Made by a program: the position numbers and the translations under genes. From Eledone cirrhosa (taxonomy: Eukaryota), in contig OZ024747.1 of NCBI GenBank assembly GCA_964016885.1, forward strand, positions 67,828,001-67,892,000: a DNA stretch of 64,000 nucleotides. Direction: 5' to 3'. The notes beneath the pieces were generated by a model that saw only the letters and a list, made by a program, of their open reading frames with translations, was not told where the DNA came from and did no database searches. Of this stretch, positions 26,461 through 38,510 are shown in pieces. Numbering within the stretch: position 1 is the stretch's first letter; each line of letters begins with the position of its first letter.

Positions 26461-26645
26461 TAAATATGTTACTATGCCCACTAAAATAGTCTCTTAAAAA
26501 TAGAAGTGAGAGTAATGAATGTTTTCTAGAATTCACACCAGAATACTTCAAGTGATATTCTTACAATATGTCGAGGTTTTTTCTTACAACTTAGTCATGA
26601 TAGTTTCCTCCAAATACAATGTGGAGAGACACAAATTAAGAAATC

Positions 26646-26690
26646 AGTCACTGAGGAGGTCACAGAATGTGTGACGAAAGAGCTTTGACA
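26646..26690 (+). ncRNA. Solo hammerhead motif, same family as 12373
   Basis: GTCA-CTGAGGA-gGTCACA..TGTGAC-GAAA-GAGC-TT-TGAC. Confidence 0.65.
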
Positions 26691-26899
26691 ATATATAAAC
26701 AACCATCCGGTTATTGTGTGTGTTTGAGTGAATGTATGTGTGTGTGTTTGTATGAGTGTGTATTTTTGTAAATGCGTCTGTTTGCACGTTTATAATTATA
26801 TACTCATACATATAAATGTATGCATATGCACATACACATATGCACATACATACACACATACGCGTCAGCATATGAAAAAAATCTAGTAATCATACATTT

Positions 26900-27590
26900 C
26901 TGAGTCGGGCCTCAATCTGTGTAATCTTGAGCAAGTGATTTTTTTTATAGCGGCTGGTCGACCCAAGCTTTTTTAGTGAGATTTGCTAGATGGAAACTGT
27001 GTGGAAGCCTGTCGGATGTATTGTACCTATAACTCAAAAGTCCAGCCATGTCATACAATGTGGAATGCTGAATCTTCCTGAGAATTACTGGGAATTACTT
27101 TTAGGGATACATGCATCTGTGGAAGAACTGGTCATACACTTTATTTTCTTGGTTTGATCTAACGATCGGTTCCTTTCGCTTTTTTTAAAGCATTAATGTC
27201 AATAAATAGAGGTCATTACCTGACCATTAGTTGGCCAGAGAAATCTATAGATCAATGGATTGGAATACAGAACATAAAGGACCATAACTATAAGTGTAAA
27301 ACATTTTGTCCGACGCCTTAATTATTGTTATGTGGGGTTTTAAGAGGATAGTAAAATTGAATGAACAGAAACTGTTTGGAGGCCCGTCGGACGAACTGTA
27401 CCTGTAATTCTAAGACATAGTTTTGTTATACACTGTATAAAGCTGAATATCCCTTAGAGTTACGTAAAAGAACACGTTTCTGTGGAATACTCAGTCACTA
27501 GCACGTAAATTTCACGAGTAGGCCGCCGTTCCTTTGATCGTAAAGCTGGAAAACGCTTCATTAAAACCGACTGAGGTCCATTCTATCTTT
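26900..27590 (+). mobile_element. Two decayed copies of interspersed repeat family C (SINE-like)
   Basis: Shared TGTACCTGTAATT..GCTGAATC..GAGAA..TACACGTGTCTGTGGAA..AATTTCACGAG. Also at ~4360-4530, 25870-25990(-), 31340-31440, 42690-43140 and 45750-45860(-). Confidence 0.6.
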
Positions 27591-28891
27591 GAACATTTGA
27601 ATTAATGTTGATGCAAAAGCTTTTGGTGTCAATTTTGATAGGCATTTGAGTGGGGTTTGTGGGTGAGCGTCTGGGTAAAGATTCACGAAAAAGCCAGTCA
27701 CATCATATATGAGAAAAGTCGACATTTTTAATAAATGGTTATTTCAGAATGTAGGCTCATTTAATTATTTAGAAGGCGTTTAAAAATAATAAAGCGTAGA
27801 GAAGGACAGGAAGGTAAAGAGAGAATGAGAAAATATACATAAACAAATATTCCCTTTTTATTTTATTTTAAAGAGAAAAAATCTGAAAAATGGGAGCAAA
27901 GTGTTTTTAGAACTGTTCTTAGCATAATCTACACATCTGGCTTTGTTGTTTATTTAAAGGACGATTCAGCAGACAATAGGGAAAGGAACGGCTGATTGTG
28001 CTGTTATTGTTCTTAATAAGACCCTTTTCTTAGTTGTATCAATGGAGTTTATTTTAATTTTTAATCTTTTTTCTTACTCGGCTCTTTTTTTTAATTTACA
28101 ATATTAATAACTCTCCGTTTTATTTCAGTCCACTTTTCAACAATATACGAATTAAAAAAAAAAAAAAATTGCTTCGCCATCAAATCTTAGTCTCAAACCG
28201 ACGAGACTTTTTTTTTCACCTTTCAAGCGAACAACGCTATATTAATCATTCCTGCTTTCTAATTAGTAAATAATCTTCATTTCCTGTTAATGTTTGCGAA
28301 ACGTTTCGTTTCATTTCTCCTTCTCTGATTCTCTTTCTCTCTCTGTTTTTGTCCAATTATTAATGATTTCATTCACCCCATATTGACAAATATAATTATT
28401 TAATCCAATAGGCGCAATTGAAATATTATCATGCTTAAAACAGATTAACCCCTTCCATGATATTTGTTAAAAATAATCTCATATTATTGTGTTTTCTCTG
28501 TCAATCCCACGAGTCAACTCTCTCTATATATCTATCTATCCTTCTTTCTCCCCCTCTCTCTCAAACCCACCCACCCCCACACAAACACATGCACACGAAC
28601 ACACACACAAACACATATATACACTCAAACTCTCTATCTCTCTTTCCGTCTCCCGTTTTATCTGTCAACAATATACCCACCTGACTCATAATTGGCTTTA
28701 GCGGAGTCAATTCCATTGTTAGCATTCGGCTCTCCGGTCTGCGGATAACATCTATTCTCCAATCACGGAGACCCTGAAATGGATCATATATGCTGCCTTC
28801 CCTTTCTTTGTTATACCATTCAATCATAATCCGCAATTTCGATTATAACCAACGTTTTCAAGCAGGATTTTGATTTGTGTGTTTTTTTATT

Positions 28892-29174
28892 TTCTATGGA
28901 TGCAATTTGGGATATTTCTCAAGATGGCAATTCGATGCGTAGTTTTAGCAAAATATTATGGTAGCCCTCTATGATGCAAAGGTTGTAGGGTTATTATTCT
29001 TCTCATACTTCATTTAAGGTGATATGGGAGGTTAATGTTGTTTGTTTTCTTTTGTTAGGGTTCCTAAAGGAATGTGCGTACTAATAGAATGTTGATTTTA
29101 TGGGGTTTGATGGGTCCATGTTTTGCTAAAACCACCTTATTAAATAGCAAAGATCCCAAATTGCACCCACAGAA
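28892..29174. mobile_element. MITE with terminal and subterminal inverted repeats
   Basis: TTCTATGGATGCAATTTGGGATATTT / AAAGATCCCAAATTGCACCCACAGAA, plus internal GTTTTAGCAAAA / TTTTGCTAAAAC. Confidence 0.6.
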
Positions 29175-29684
29175 CATTTAAAATATAAATTTTCCCAACC
29201 AAGCAACTTCTACATGGCTAACACTCGCTTATATTTCTAGATCCGCTTGTGCTAATGTGCAAACAAAATAGTAGTATTAGTATCTCAACAGCATATATCT
29301 GATGTTAACACGATATTGCATCTGGGATGCAATTACTGTTGAAACATATTATATGGTATATAATGGTGGATAATTGAGAAGCAGGGGTAACCATTATTAA
29401 ACCGGGAATAGTGGATGTAGTGGTGAACATTCGATACTGTTTTGTCTCTCTGACTTTCTGTCTCTCTCTAATGCACTCTTTCTCTTTCTCTCACTCTCTC
29501 TATCTTACGTTCTCTTTTTCTCACTCTCTCTATCTTGCATTCTCTCTTTCTCACTCTCCCTTGCTCTTCTTTGCCCTCTCTTACTCTCTCACTTACTTTC
29601 TCCCTTTCTCAAGCTACCCCCATTTAGATACTAATAGCTGCATATTGAATTGCAAAACACTGTTATTGGTGTAATAGGTTTCAT

Positions 29685-29781
<97 letters not shown>
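29685..29781. repeat. Self-complementary compound microsatellite (ACT)n(AGT)n
   Basis: Switch ACT|AGT at 29733/29734, with about 16 units on each side. Confidence 0.9.
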
Positions 29782-29957
29782 CACTATTACTGTTTTTGTG
29801 GTTGTCATGGCATAGGCCATATTTGTTAACATCGTTAATGCTAATTGTTGACAATATTGTGATTCCTGTTGCTAGTACTAATGATTTTTCGGTTCTTGTT
29901 GCAGTTTTGGCAACTGCTTCTGTCGTTGCAAATGTTGTTGTTGTTGTTGCTGCTGCA

Positions 29958-29988
<31 letters not shown>

Positions 29989-32219
29989 GTAGTATTATTA
30001 TTGTCATTATCATTATCATCGTTGTTGTTGTTGTTGTTGTTGTTGTTTGTATCCGAAGTAGTTGTCACGCATACTTTTGTTCCGCAAGTTTTGTTGATTT
30101 TCACTTGTTTGCATCACGTTCCTTGTTAACATTTTTTTTATAAATTGTAAATAGGGCGCCATACAATCCCCTCAGAAAAAGCGACCCCATAATATCTGGA
30201 CCTTGACTCAAATATTGCAATTATATTTGAAAATTATGCCCATAAAATTCTGTTAGAAATGTCGACGAACATCCCTTCCCATCCACAGGACAGAACAGGG
30301 AATAAGACCAATGTCACCACCGCCACCACCTCCACCACCACTACAACCACCACCGCCACTACCACCACCACCACCATCACCACCTCCACCGCCACTACAA
30401 CCACCACCGCCACCGCCACAATCACTAACACCAATACAATGCCGAGGTTATCTTTGCCTTTCATCATTACGGGGTCGATAAAATAAATCACCAGTAATGC
30501 ACTAGGGTCGATTTAATCGACTTCCTCTCCCCAAATTGCTGGCCTTGTGCCTATAGTAGAAACCATTATCATTGTTGTTGTTGTTGTTGTTATGTGTTGT
30601 TTCTGTTGTTTTATCCCTCAAACTAATCCTGATTGAGCACCTCTATAGTTACAGAAGTTGTATCCTTTTTCTTTTCTTGCATGTCCATAGAATTAATGTC
30701 ACTGGATTTAATATTAACAGCTGAACCTTTCATGACTATATCCTTGTCTTTTCTCTTGCATGGTTATGGGCACTAACAAAATGTCACCTAGTATCAGTTT
30801 TATATTAAATGAAATTTCTGAATAAAGAAATTCATAAAGATCTAACGGAAACGCTAACTAAAAATTTGTTTTATTTTACATAACTCTTTCAAACATTAAA
30901 AAAAAACATTTTGAAACAGGAAAAAAGGGATTTGTTGGATAAAGAACATACAAAAATGCGTATCATAAAAAAATACATAAAATAAAAATAAAAAATAAAT
31001 ATATAAAAGTGTACACATTTTACAGTCGTATGTGTGGGTGGTCGTTAAACGAGATGGTCGTTAAGTGAGAAATGGCTGCCTATTCTAAACTGCTGGTTTC
31101 ATTTACATTCGTCTGTTGTTTTATTGAGAGAACGAGTACAACCCACACGTCAAAACTGACAGCTGTTGTAAGATCAGAACGAGATATGAAGACAATTATC
31201 TTATATTTGCAACAAACCTCGCTTTTGGGGATTATTTGAGTCTTCTATTTTAGTTGTTGCTTGAGAAGTGGTTAGGGTGTTCAGCTCGCGATTGTAAGAC
31301 TGTGAGTTCGGTTCCTGGTAGCGTGTCTACTCTGAGTTGTATCTGTAATTCAGAGAGCCAAGCTTAACAGTCTGTGTCACGCTGAATCTCCCTGAGAACT
31401 ATATAGGTACACGTGTTTGGGGAGTGTTCAGCCACTTTCCCAAGCAGTCATTTCCCTTTCTGAAGTCGATACTGATTAAAAAACAGGAATCACACAAGTT
31501 AAAGAGGAGGATTTCTTTTTACTGATTGCTCATGGAAGGAAAGACAGTGTGTATGGTCATTTACAGGTACTGGTAAACTAGAGAACTTACCTGAATAGAG
31601 TAGACTACACTAAATTCACTTAATGGCTATGTGAGATGTTAAAACAGGATTAATCTATAGTAAGATTTGAACCACGGTGAGATTTAAACTCAGAAGGCAA
31701 AAAATACTGAAGCTAACACCACAAGGTATCTGATCCGACGCGTAAACAATTTAACAACTAAGTAATACTAAACAACCTACATGAATATGTTAAAATAGGA
31801 TCCACATGTTTTAATCTTGAATTTTTGGATAGAATCTTTACTACAGAAAACGGAAGACTAATTGTAAAATATATATAACGTTCAGATGATTCACTTAACT
31901 TCATCAGTGTCATAGCTCAAACTGAACAGTTCAAGGTTATAAAACAGAGACAGCATATAAAACCAAAATATTAAAATATTTAAATTAGCGTTAAAATATT
32001 TAGTGCGAGGACTATTAAAAGGTCAGCAAAAAATAATTATATGGCGACGAAAGGTAAACAGAGAGACAGACAGTTAAGATAGCGTTAATACATTGAATTG
32101 TTGGAAGTTTTAGACAGTAAACGGTTAAATTATTAGAGAGCCAATTTCTTCTAGAAGAGAGAGAGAGAGAGAGAGAAAAGAGAGAGAGAGAGAAAGTGAA
32201 AAACATATATAGATGAAGA

Positions 32220-32752
32220 ATCGACCCCAGTCCTTGGATTGGCACTATATTTATCCTCCCCGAAAGTTTGAAAGACAAAGTTGATCTCGGCGCGATTCGA
32301 ACTAAGATTGCAGAGAGCCAGAACAAATACTGCAGAATAGTCTACTAGATCTCCTAACCACTCTGCCAAAGCTATATTAGTCAACGACTAGCAATGTTTT
32401 CATTATTTCGGCGGGTAGAGGGTCGGACGCCATGCTTTGCACCATAGAGTTACGGCCCTTTATGGTCTGAGTTCAAATCTTGCCGAGGTTAACTTTGCCT
32501 TTCATCCTTACGGGGTCGATAATATAACACATCAGTAACGTACTGGGGTCGATTTAATCGACTACCCCCCCCCCCCCAATTACTGGCCTTGTGCCTATAC
32601 TAGAAATCGTTATTTCGGCGGGTATTGGAGACATCTATGGACATGTTTCTACATTATTATGGCCTCAACGGGGTCGATAAAATAAAGTACCAGTAATCTA
32701 CTGGCTAATTGCTGGCCTTGTGCCTAAAGTAGAAACAATTATTATGGCCTCA
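32220..32752. mobile_element. Cluster of three SINE family A-type copies
   Basis: Older minus copy ~32220-32370; plus copy 32418-32609 (TSD TTATTTCGGCGGGTA); truncated plus copy 32668-32737 (TSD ATTATTATGGCCTCA). Confidence 0.8.
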
Positions 32753-32791
32753 TAAGTGAAGCATAAATTTCACTGTACTTACTGTTGTAAA

Positions 32792-33096
32792 CAAGGGCCT
32801 TGTTTTAGGGGGGTACCAGGGGACAAGCCCCCCCCCCCCCACCACCACCACCACCACCCCCACGCTTTTTCAAACGTCTATGTTTTATTTTTTGTTTATT
32901 TGATATAATAAATTCTTTTTAAGTTTATTTTTTTATATCCGAACTTCATTTGAATATATAAAATTTAATTAGCGTAAAATGTTGCTTTGGTGATAGGGTC
33001 CAGGAAAGGCACCTTAAGCAATACTAACATGCTCCTTTAAGAATCAACAAATGTTGGTTTGTCCCCCTCACATTTTTAAGGCAAACGAGGCTCCTG
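32792..33096. mobile_element. hAT-like MITE
   Basis: Imperfect TIRs CAAGGGCCTTGTTT / AAACGAGGCTCCTG; flanks GTTGTAAA / GTTGTAGT resemble a decayed 8-bp TSD. Confidence 0.5.
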
Positions 33097-33426
33097 GTTG
33101 TAGTTATCGAAGAATCATGGTTGTAGACGGGTTGGCATAGAAAAATAGGATCGTTTAGATACTTTTGTTAATTATACGAGCTGTTGAGCTGGTAGTTCCG
33201 TTTGGAACAAAAACAAAACATTCGGTTTCATGTGTTATTTTGTTGCTACTGAGGTTTAACCGAATCTGACCTATGACTAATCTCATTCCAACCATAACAA
33301 CACAGGTTATATTTTTTCAGAAATAGTGAATCTAGGTAGACTGTGCTTTGAGAAAGCCGACTTGTATTTCTAGCCGCTCCTTAGAGCAGTGATTCCAAAA
33401 CTATTTTTATTTATGGTGCTCTTGTG

Positions 33427-33575
33427 AAGGCGCATGGCTTAGTGGTTAGAGGATTGGGCTTGCGATCGAAAGGTTGTGAGTTCGATTCTCAGACCGGGTA
33501 ATGTGTTGTGTCCTTGAGCAAGATACTTTTTTTCACGTTGCTCCAGTTTACTCAGCTGTAGAAATGAGTTGCGAT
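33427..33575 (+). mobile_element. tRNA-derived SINE family B (head and core)
   Basis: GGCGCATGGCTTAGTGGTTAGAG (A box), GAGTTCGATTC (B box), GTGTCCTTGAGCAAGATACTT..CACGTTGCTCCAG. Confidence 0.8.
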
Positions 33576-34485
33576 CCTGCCAAATCAATGGGTGGCAGTA
33601 GTTCCAGCTGCACGCATCAAAAGACTGGTGTAGTGGTTCTGAGAACAATGCGGCTTTGCAGATGATCAATGTAAATTGACAATGGAAAGGCGCTGCCGCT
33701 CGAGTTAGAAGAGAACTATTGACCTTCAGGACAAGCGGTGACCCCTGATTGTATTCAGCAACCGAAACAAATATGAAGTACACCAAATCCAATGATCCTA
33801 GGGGCGGCCCTGGTTCTTCTTATTTGCGAGTGTAAACTCGGCCAGATTAGATTAGATTAGATTGTGAGCAAACAAAAATGTTTTGACATACTTTGTGCAT
33901 AAAGTAACAAAAATGTATAAAATAAAGTTATTTATATATATATTTAATCCATAAATATAAATAATTTAGCTACAGAAAATTATTAAGTACTTACATCTTT
34001 ACTCAATAAATGAAGCATACTTCGCAAGATTTTATATTTAGAATTTCCGTTTTTATTTTTCCGAATAAGGATTCCCACCCCTCAAAATATTGGGCTTTAT
34101 GTCGTTGTTAGAAATCAATATTTTCGTGGTGTACATAGCTGCATCCGGCAGAACTTGTAGGGTATTTAATTTAACGATCAATTTTGTCGAACTGCTACGT
34201 TACGAGACATAAAAAAGGTGTTAAATATATGCACATACACACGTACACACACACACGCACACGCACACGCACACGCACACGCACACGCACACACACACAC
34301 ACATATATATATATATTTTCAGTGTGGTTCACACTTGGTGGGTCTGATAGTATACAGTTATATAACTGCTATAGATCAGACAATATGTCAATATGATCGA
34401 CCCTCCGAAACGATCGTAAAACAATGATATGAATAGGTAAAATAACTTGACTTTGTTGTTTTTATTTTCTTTGTTAATTTAATAC

Positions 34486-34591
<106 letters not shown>

Positions 34592-34594
34592 TGT

Positions 34595-34634
<40 letters not shown>

Positions 34635-34986
34635 GGCTTTCTACACAGTTTCAGTCAAGCAAATTTTACTCACAAGAGAGTCAACTGGAGGATTTAGCAG
34701 AAGACACTCAACCAGGCTGAGACGCAGTGGGAGTGAACTAGTAACTACGTGACGGTTGCCAAGCGAGCTCTTTTACCACACACCCATTTCTGTGCATATC
34801 TCCACAATTGTATGAATAGTTACATAAAAACAGAAATATGTTTGCTGAGGGGCATATATCACCAGATTTCAACACAATAGCCAAACTATAAAAAGAAGTG
34901 AACCTTTTTAAATGTCTTGCTTATAACAGCATCTTTTATTCTATGCGTGTTAAACAAACGTAAATTATAACCTAATTTACACACAT

Positions 34987-35043
<57 letters not shown>

Positions 35044-35083
35044 TAAATATACACGGGTGTGTATGATTGTGTATAGAAGATTA

Positions 35084-35463
35084 TATTAATAAGAGAAATT
35101 CCAACTTTGTCTGATTTACTCGTTTTATTTACAATCCTTTAAAATTTATAATGGTATTATAATGAAATAGTATGATAGAATATTAAATTCTAAGTGTTAA
35201 TTGAACAAGTACTTTCATGCTTTCGCAATCTTCAGGTTCATAATATGTGGTGACAGTCAGGTTTGCAATTTTTGAAAATTGCAAACTTGACTGTCACCAC
35301 ATATTATGAACCTGAAGATTGCGAAAGCATGAAAGTACTTGTTCAATTAACACTTAGAATTTAATATTCTATCATACTATTTCATTATAATACCATTATA
35401 AATTTTAAAGGATTGTAAATAAAACGAGTAAATCAGACAAAGTTGGAATTCCTCTTATTAATA
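35084..35463. mobile_element. Fold-back element: 190-bp arms, ~2-nt loop, one HHR per arm
   Basis: Centre at 35273/35274. HHR at 35307-35345 (+): TGAAC-CTGAAGA-tTGC gaaa GCAt-GAAA-GTAC-TT-GTTCA; mirror at 35202-35240. Confidence 0.85.
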
Positions 35464-35470
35464 CATATAA

Positions 35471-35501
<31 letters not shown>

Positions 35502-35706
35502 CATATATATATACATATATATATATATACATATATATATACATATATATATACATATATATATATATATACATATATGTACATATATATACATATATAT
35601 ATACATATATATATATATACATATATATATACATATATATATACATATATATATATATACATATATGTACATATATATACATATATATATACATATATAT
35701 ATATAC

Positions 35707-35739
<33 letters not shown>

Positions 35740-35747
35740 CATATATA

Positions 35748-36195
35748 TACAATATTAAATAAATGGAAACTATATTTATAAAACCATATTTATTTCATTA
35801 TATATATTTCGGGGATATCATATTAACAATATGCTATACCTTCCTCAGACAAAATACAATATAAACAGTTTTATAGATAAATAGATTCGACATACCGTAA
35901 CAACACCGACTTGCATTTGAAAAGGTTGCTTTTCAAATGCAAGTCGGTGTTGTTACGGTATGTCGAATCTATTTATCTATAAAACTGTTTATATTGTATT
36001 TTGTCTGAGGAAGGCATAGCATATTGTTAATATGATATCCCCGAAATATATATAATGAAATAAATATGGTTTTATAAATATAGTTTCCATTTATTTAATA
36101 TTGTAAATATACTCCAAATATTTGTCGAGTGCTTTTATATCAGTTATAAATATTTACTAGTTGTAACCCAACAATTTTAAATATAACTTTCCATA
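35748..36195 (+). mobile_element. Fold-back pLTR element (arms 35748-35924 / 35929-36105) with HHR in each arm
   Basis: Loop GTTG. HHR at 36001-36060: TTGT-CTGAGGA..GAAA-TATATA-TA-ATGAAA. Same family as the pLTRs at 21812-21940 and 49480-49740. Confidence 0.82.
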
Positions 36196-36198
36196 TAC

Positions 36199-36230
<32 letters not shown>

Positions 36231-36316
36231 ATATACATATATATATACATATACATATATATATACATATATATATACATATACATAAATATATATACAT
36301 ATATATATACATATAT

Positions 36317-36357
<41 letters not shown>

Positions 36358-36400
36358 TATATACATATACATATATATATAAACATATATATATATATAT

Positions 36401-36700
36401 AAACGTTTGTATATGTATAATAAAGCCAAAACAATGCAGGTATAGACATAGAATAAAGAATGCAAATGCAAAAGATATTGTTGACAATTAGTCTTTTACC
36501 TTAGATTTATTTAAATGTCCTTAATTTTCGAGATAATATCTCTTCTTCAGAGGGAAGTAAAGCTGTTAATCCAGTGTTCTAAATAGCTTGCCAAGTCATG
36601 CTGACAGGAATGGACGTAGAATAAAGAATGCATTTGCATTCTTTATTCTATGTCCATACCTGCATTGTTTTGGCTTTATTATACATATACAAACGTTTAT
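36401..36700 (-). mobile_element. Fold-back element with internal HHR motif (36518-36554, minus)
   Basis: 36401-36470 is inverted at ~36633-36700. HHR: CCT-CTGAAGA-aGAGAT att ATCTC-GAAA-AT-TA-AGG. Confidence 0.65.
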
Positions 36701-36739
36701 ACCTCATTACACAATGCTTCAAGTGAACTATAATCTCCT

Positions 36740-36785
<46 letters not shown>

Positions 36786-36800
36786 AGTTTATATATATAT

Positions 36801-36958
36801 AATTATTAGTTTTTACATACATATTTAGAGAGGAGAGTTCATATCTCTGTCCGAGGTTGTCCTTCGTTCTCTGTCAACCAACTAACAGAGAACGAAGGAC
36901 AAACACGGACAGAGATATGAACTCTCCTCTCTAAATATTTATGTAAAAACTAATAATT
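36801..36958. repeat. Hairpin with ~75-bp arms following (TA)n
   Basis: AATTATTAGTTTTTACATA...CCTTCGTTCTCTGT caaccaacta ACAGAGAACGAAGG...TATGTAAAAACTAATAATT. Confidence 0.85.
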
Positions 36959-37184
36959 TTTCTTCCCCTTTTTATTATTCGTATAAATATTCAACTTAAC
37001 TGCATGATGCACATCCGCCGTTGAAAAAGCATACAATGCTGAAACCGGTACCATTATTAAATGCGGAAATACCCACTTTATAAATAAATGTTTTAATATC
37101 ATACTGAAAAAATCTCTCCACCATTTTCTACTGAATGTTTTTCCGTTTTACTATTTGTTTATATATACATATATATATATATAA

Positions 37185-37385
37185 ACGTAAGTCGGCTGAA
37201 AAGTTCATAGGCTGTCCAAGTTACTCTCATGGAATAACTAAATGAGATTTATTTTTCAACATAGTCCCTGGAAAGAAACAATGCGGTTATTAATTAGAAG
37301 ATTTGCAATTAATGCATGTAATATTTCACAGCTCTAGCATCAGTCCTCCATAGCCAGCCTATGAACATTTCAGTTCACACACGTA
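37185..37385. mobile_element. Mariner-type MITE
   Basis: TIRs ACGTAAGTCGGCTGAAAAGTTCATAGGCTG / CAGCCTATGAACATTTCAGTTCACACACGT. Confidence 0.6.
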
Positions 37386-37490
37386 TAGGCAATTAGAAGC
37401 AAAAGATGACTCCGTACTAGAATAGTTAGTGTATTTTATTTAGTAGCTGGGTATTCTTTCAGTTCATAATGACCATCCTCCCATTCCGCG

Positions 37491-37927
37491 GTGGCAAACC
37501 CCTCGTCTGCCACTTTCAACGACATTTTCTCCAGCCTTAAACTGGTGCAGTCTGCGACTAACCCAGGTTTTGCTGCACTTCGGGCTGAGGAGGGCAAACT
37601 CTCCAAGTATCGGTCGCTCTCCGACAGGTTTGCGGTCGTTCCCCTAGTAGTGGAGACTTCTGGTATCCTTAGCCCTAGGGCTACCTCCCTACTTACCACC
37701 ATAGGCGCTGAGCTCGCTAGCCGCAGGGGTGAGCCTCGCGAGATGGAATGGCTCTTCCAGCGCATCTCCTTTACCATCCTCTGGGGAAACGCCTTCTCCA
37801 TTCTGTCCGCCGGAGCCATGAGGCGGCTAGCACGTGGGACACCATTTGCTCATAATACAGAGAGATGGGGAGGATGAGAGAGATGGAGGCGATGACAGTG
37901 GGAATTCGGCCCTTCCGTGTTCGGACA
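37491..37927 (+). mobile_element. CRE-clade non-LTR retrotransposon 3' fragment (RLE C-terminus + 3' UTR)
   Basis: GFAALRAEEGKLSKY..FAVVPLVVETSG..IG..RGEPRE..WLFQRIS..GNAFSIL matches the CRE-type RLE C-terminal pattern. Confidence 0.72.
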
Positions 37928-38405
37928 CATTTATCAGACTGTAGGCTTTATGTACTTGTTATGCACGTTTTATTCAATTTGAGATCATGCAGAATTGCAC
38001 TTCACACGGAGGTATCTTAAAATCTACACTTGGCTCGAAGAGAAAATACCTTTGTTGTCAGTTTCACCCTTCCTTTTAAAATCCACCCATGTTTGTTCTT
38101 AAAGGGAATTTCTAGACATTACTTGAAGAACCGTCGAAGGATGAAAATAGTTACGAAAGTTGAACTCTGATTGTAAAGAGTGAAACTAATACCGCAAAAT
38201 CTTTTTATGCGACGATTATGACAATCCACCACGCTAATACTTGTATGTAATAGTAATCGAGTAGAAGAAACTTCCCCATGAAACGCCTATTTAAAAATGT
38301 AATTGCGTACTTGAGTATGTCTTCGCAGAGAAAGCCCATATAGCTGTCAAACTTGAATATTGTTTTTTCTTGTCTGCTGATCCAAGTAAGGATTTTTGAT
38401 ATTAG

Positions 38406-38510
<105 letters not shown>

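Noticed and set aside
33427-33500. tRNA gene
   Set aside because: A/B boxes run directly into a SINE core and there is no complete cloverleaf; the same applies to the other SINE heads.
34330-34425. GAAA-CGATCG-TA palindromic half-hammerhead
   Set aside because: Stem II and stem III-like parts are present, but there is no CTGANGA at the required position. The same applies to GAAACCGGTA near 37041.
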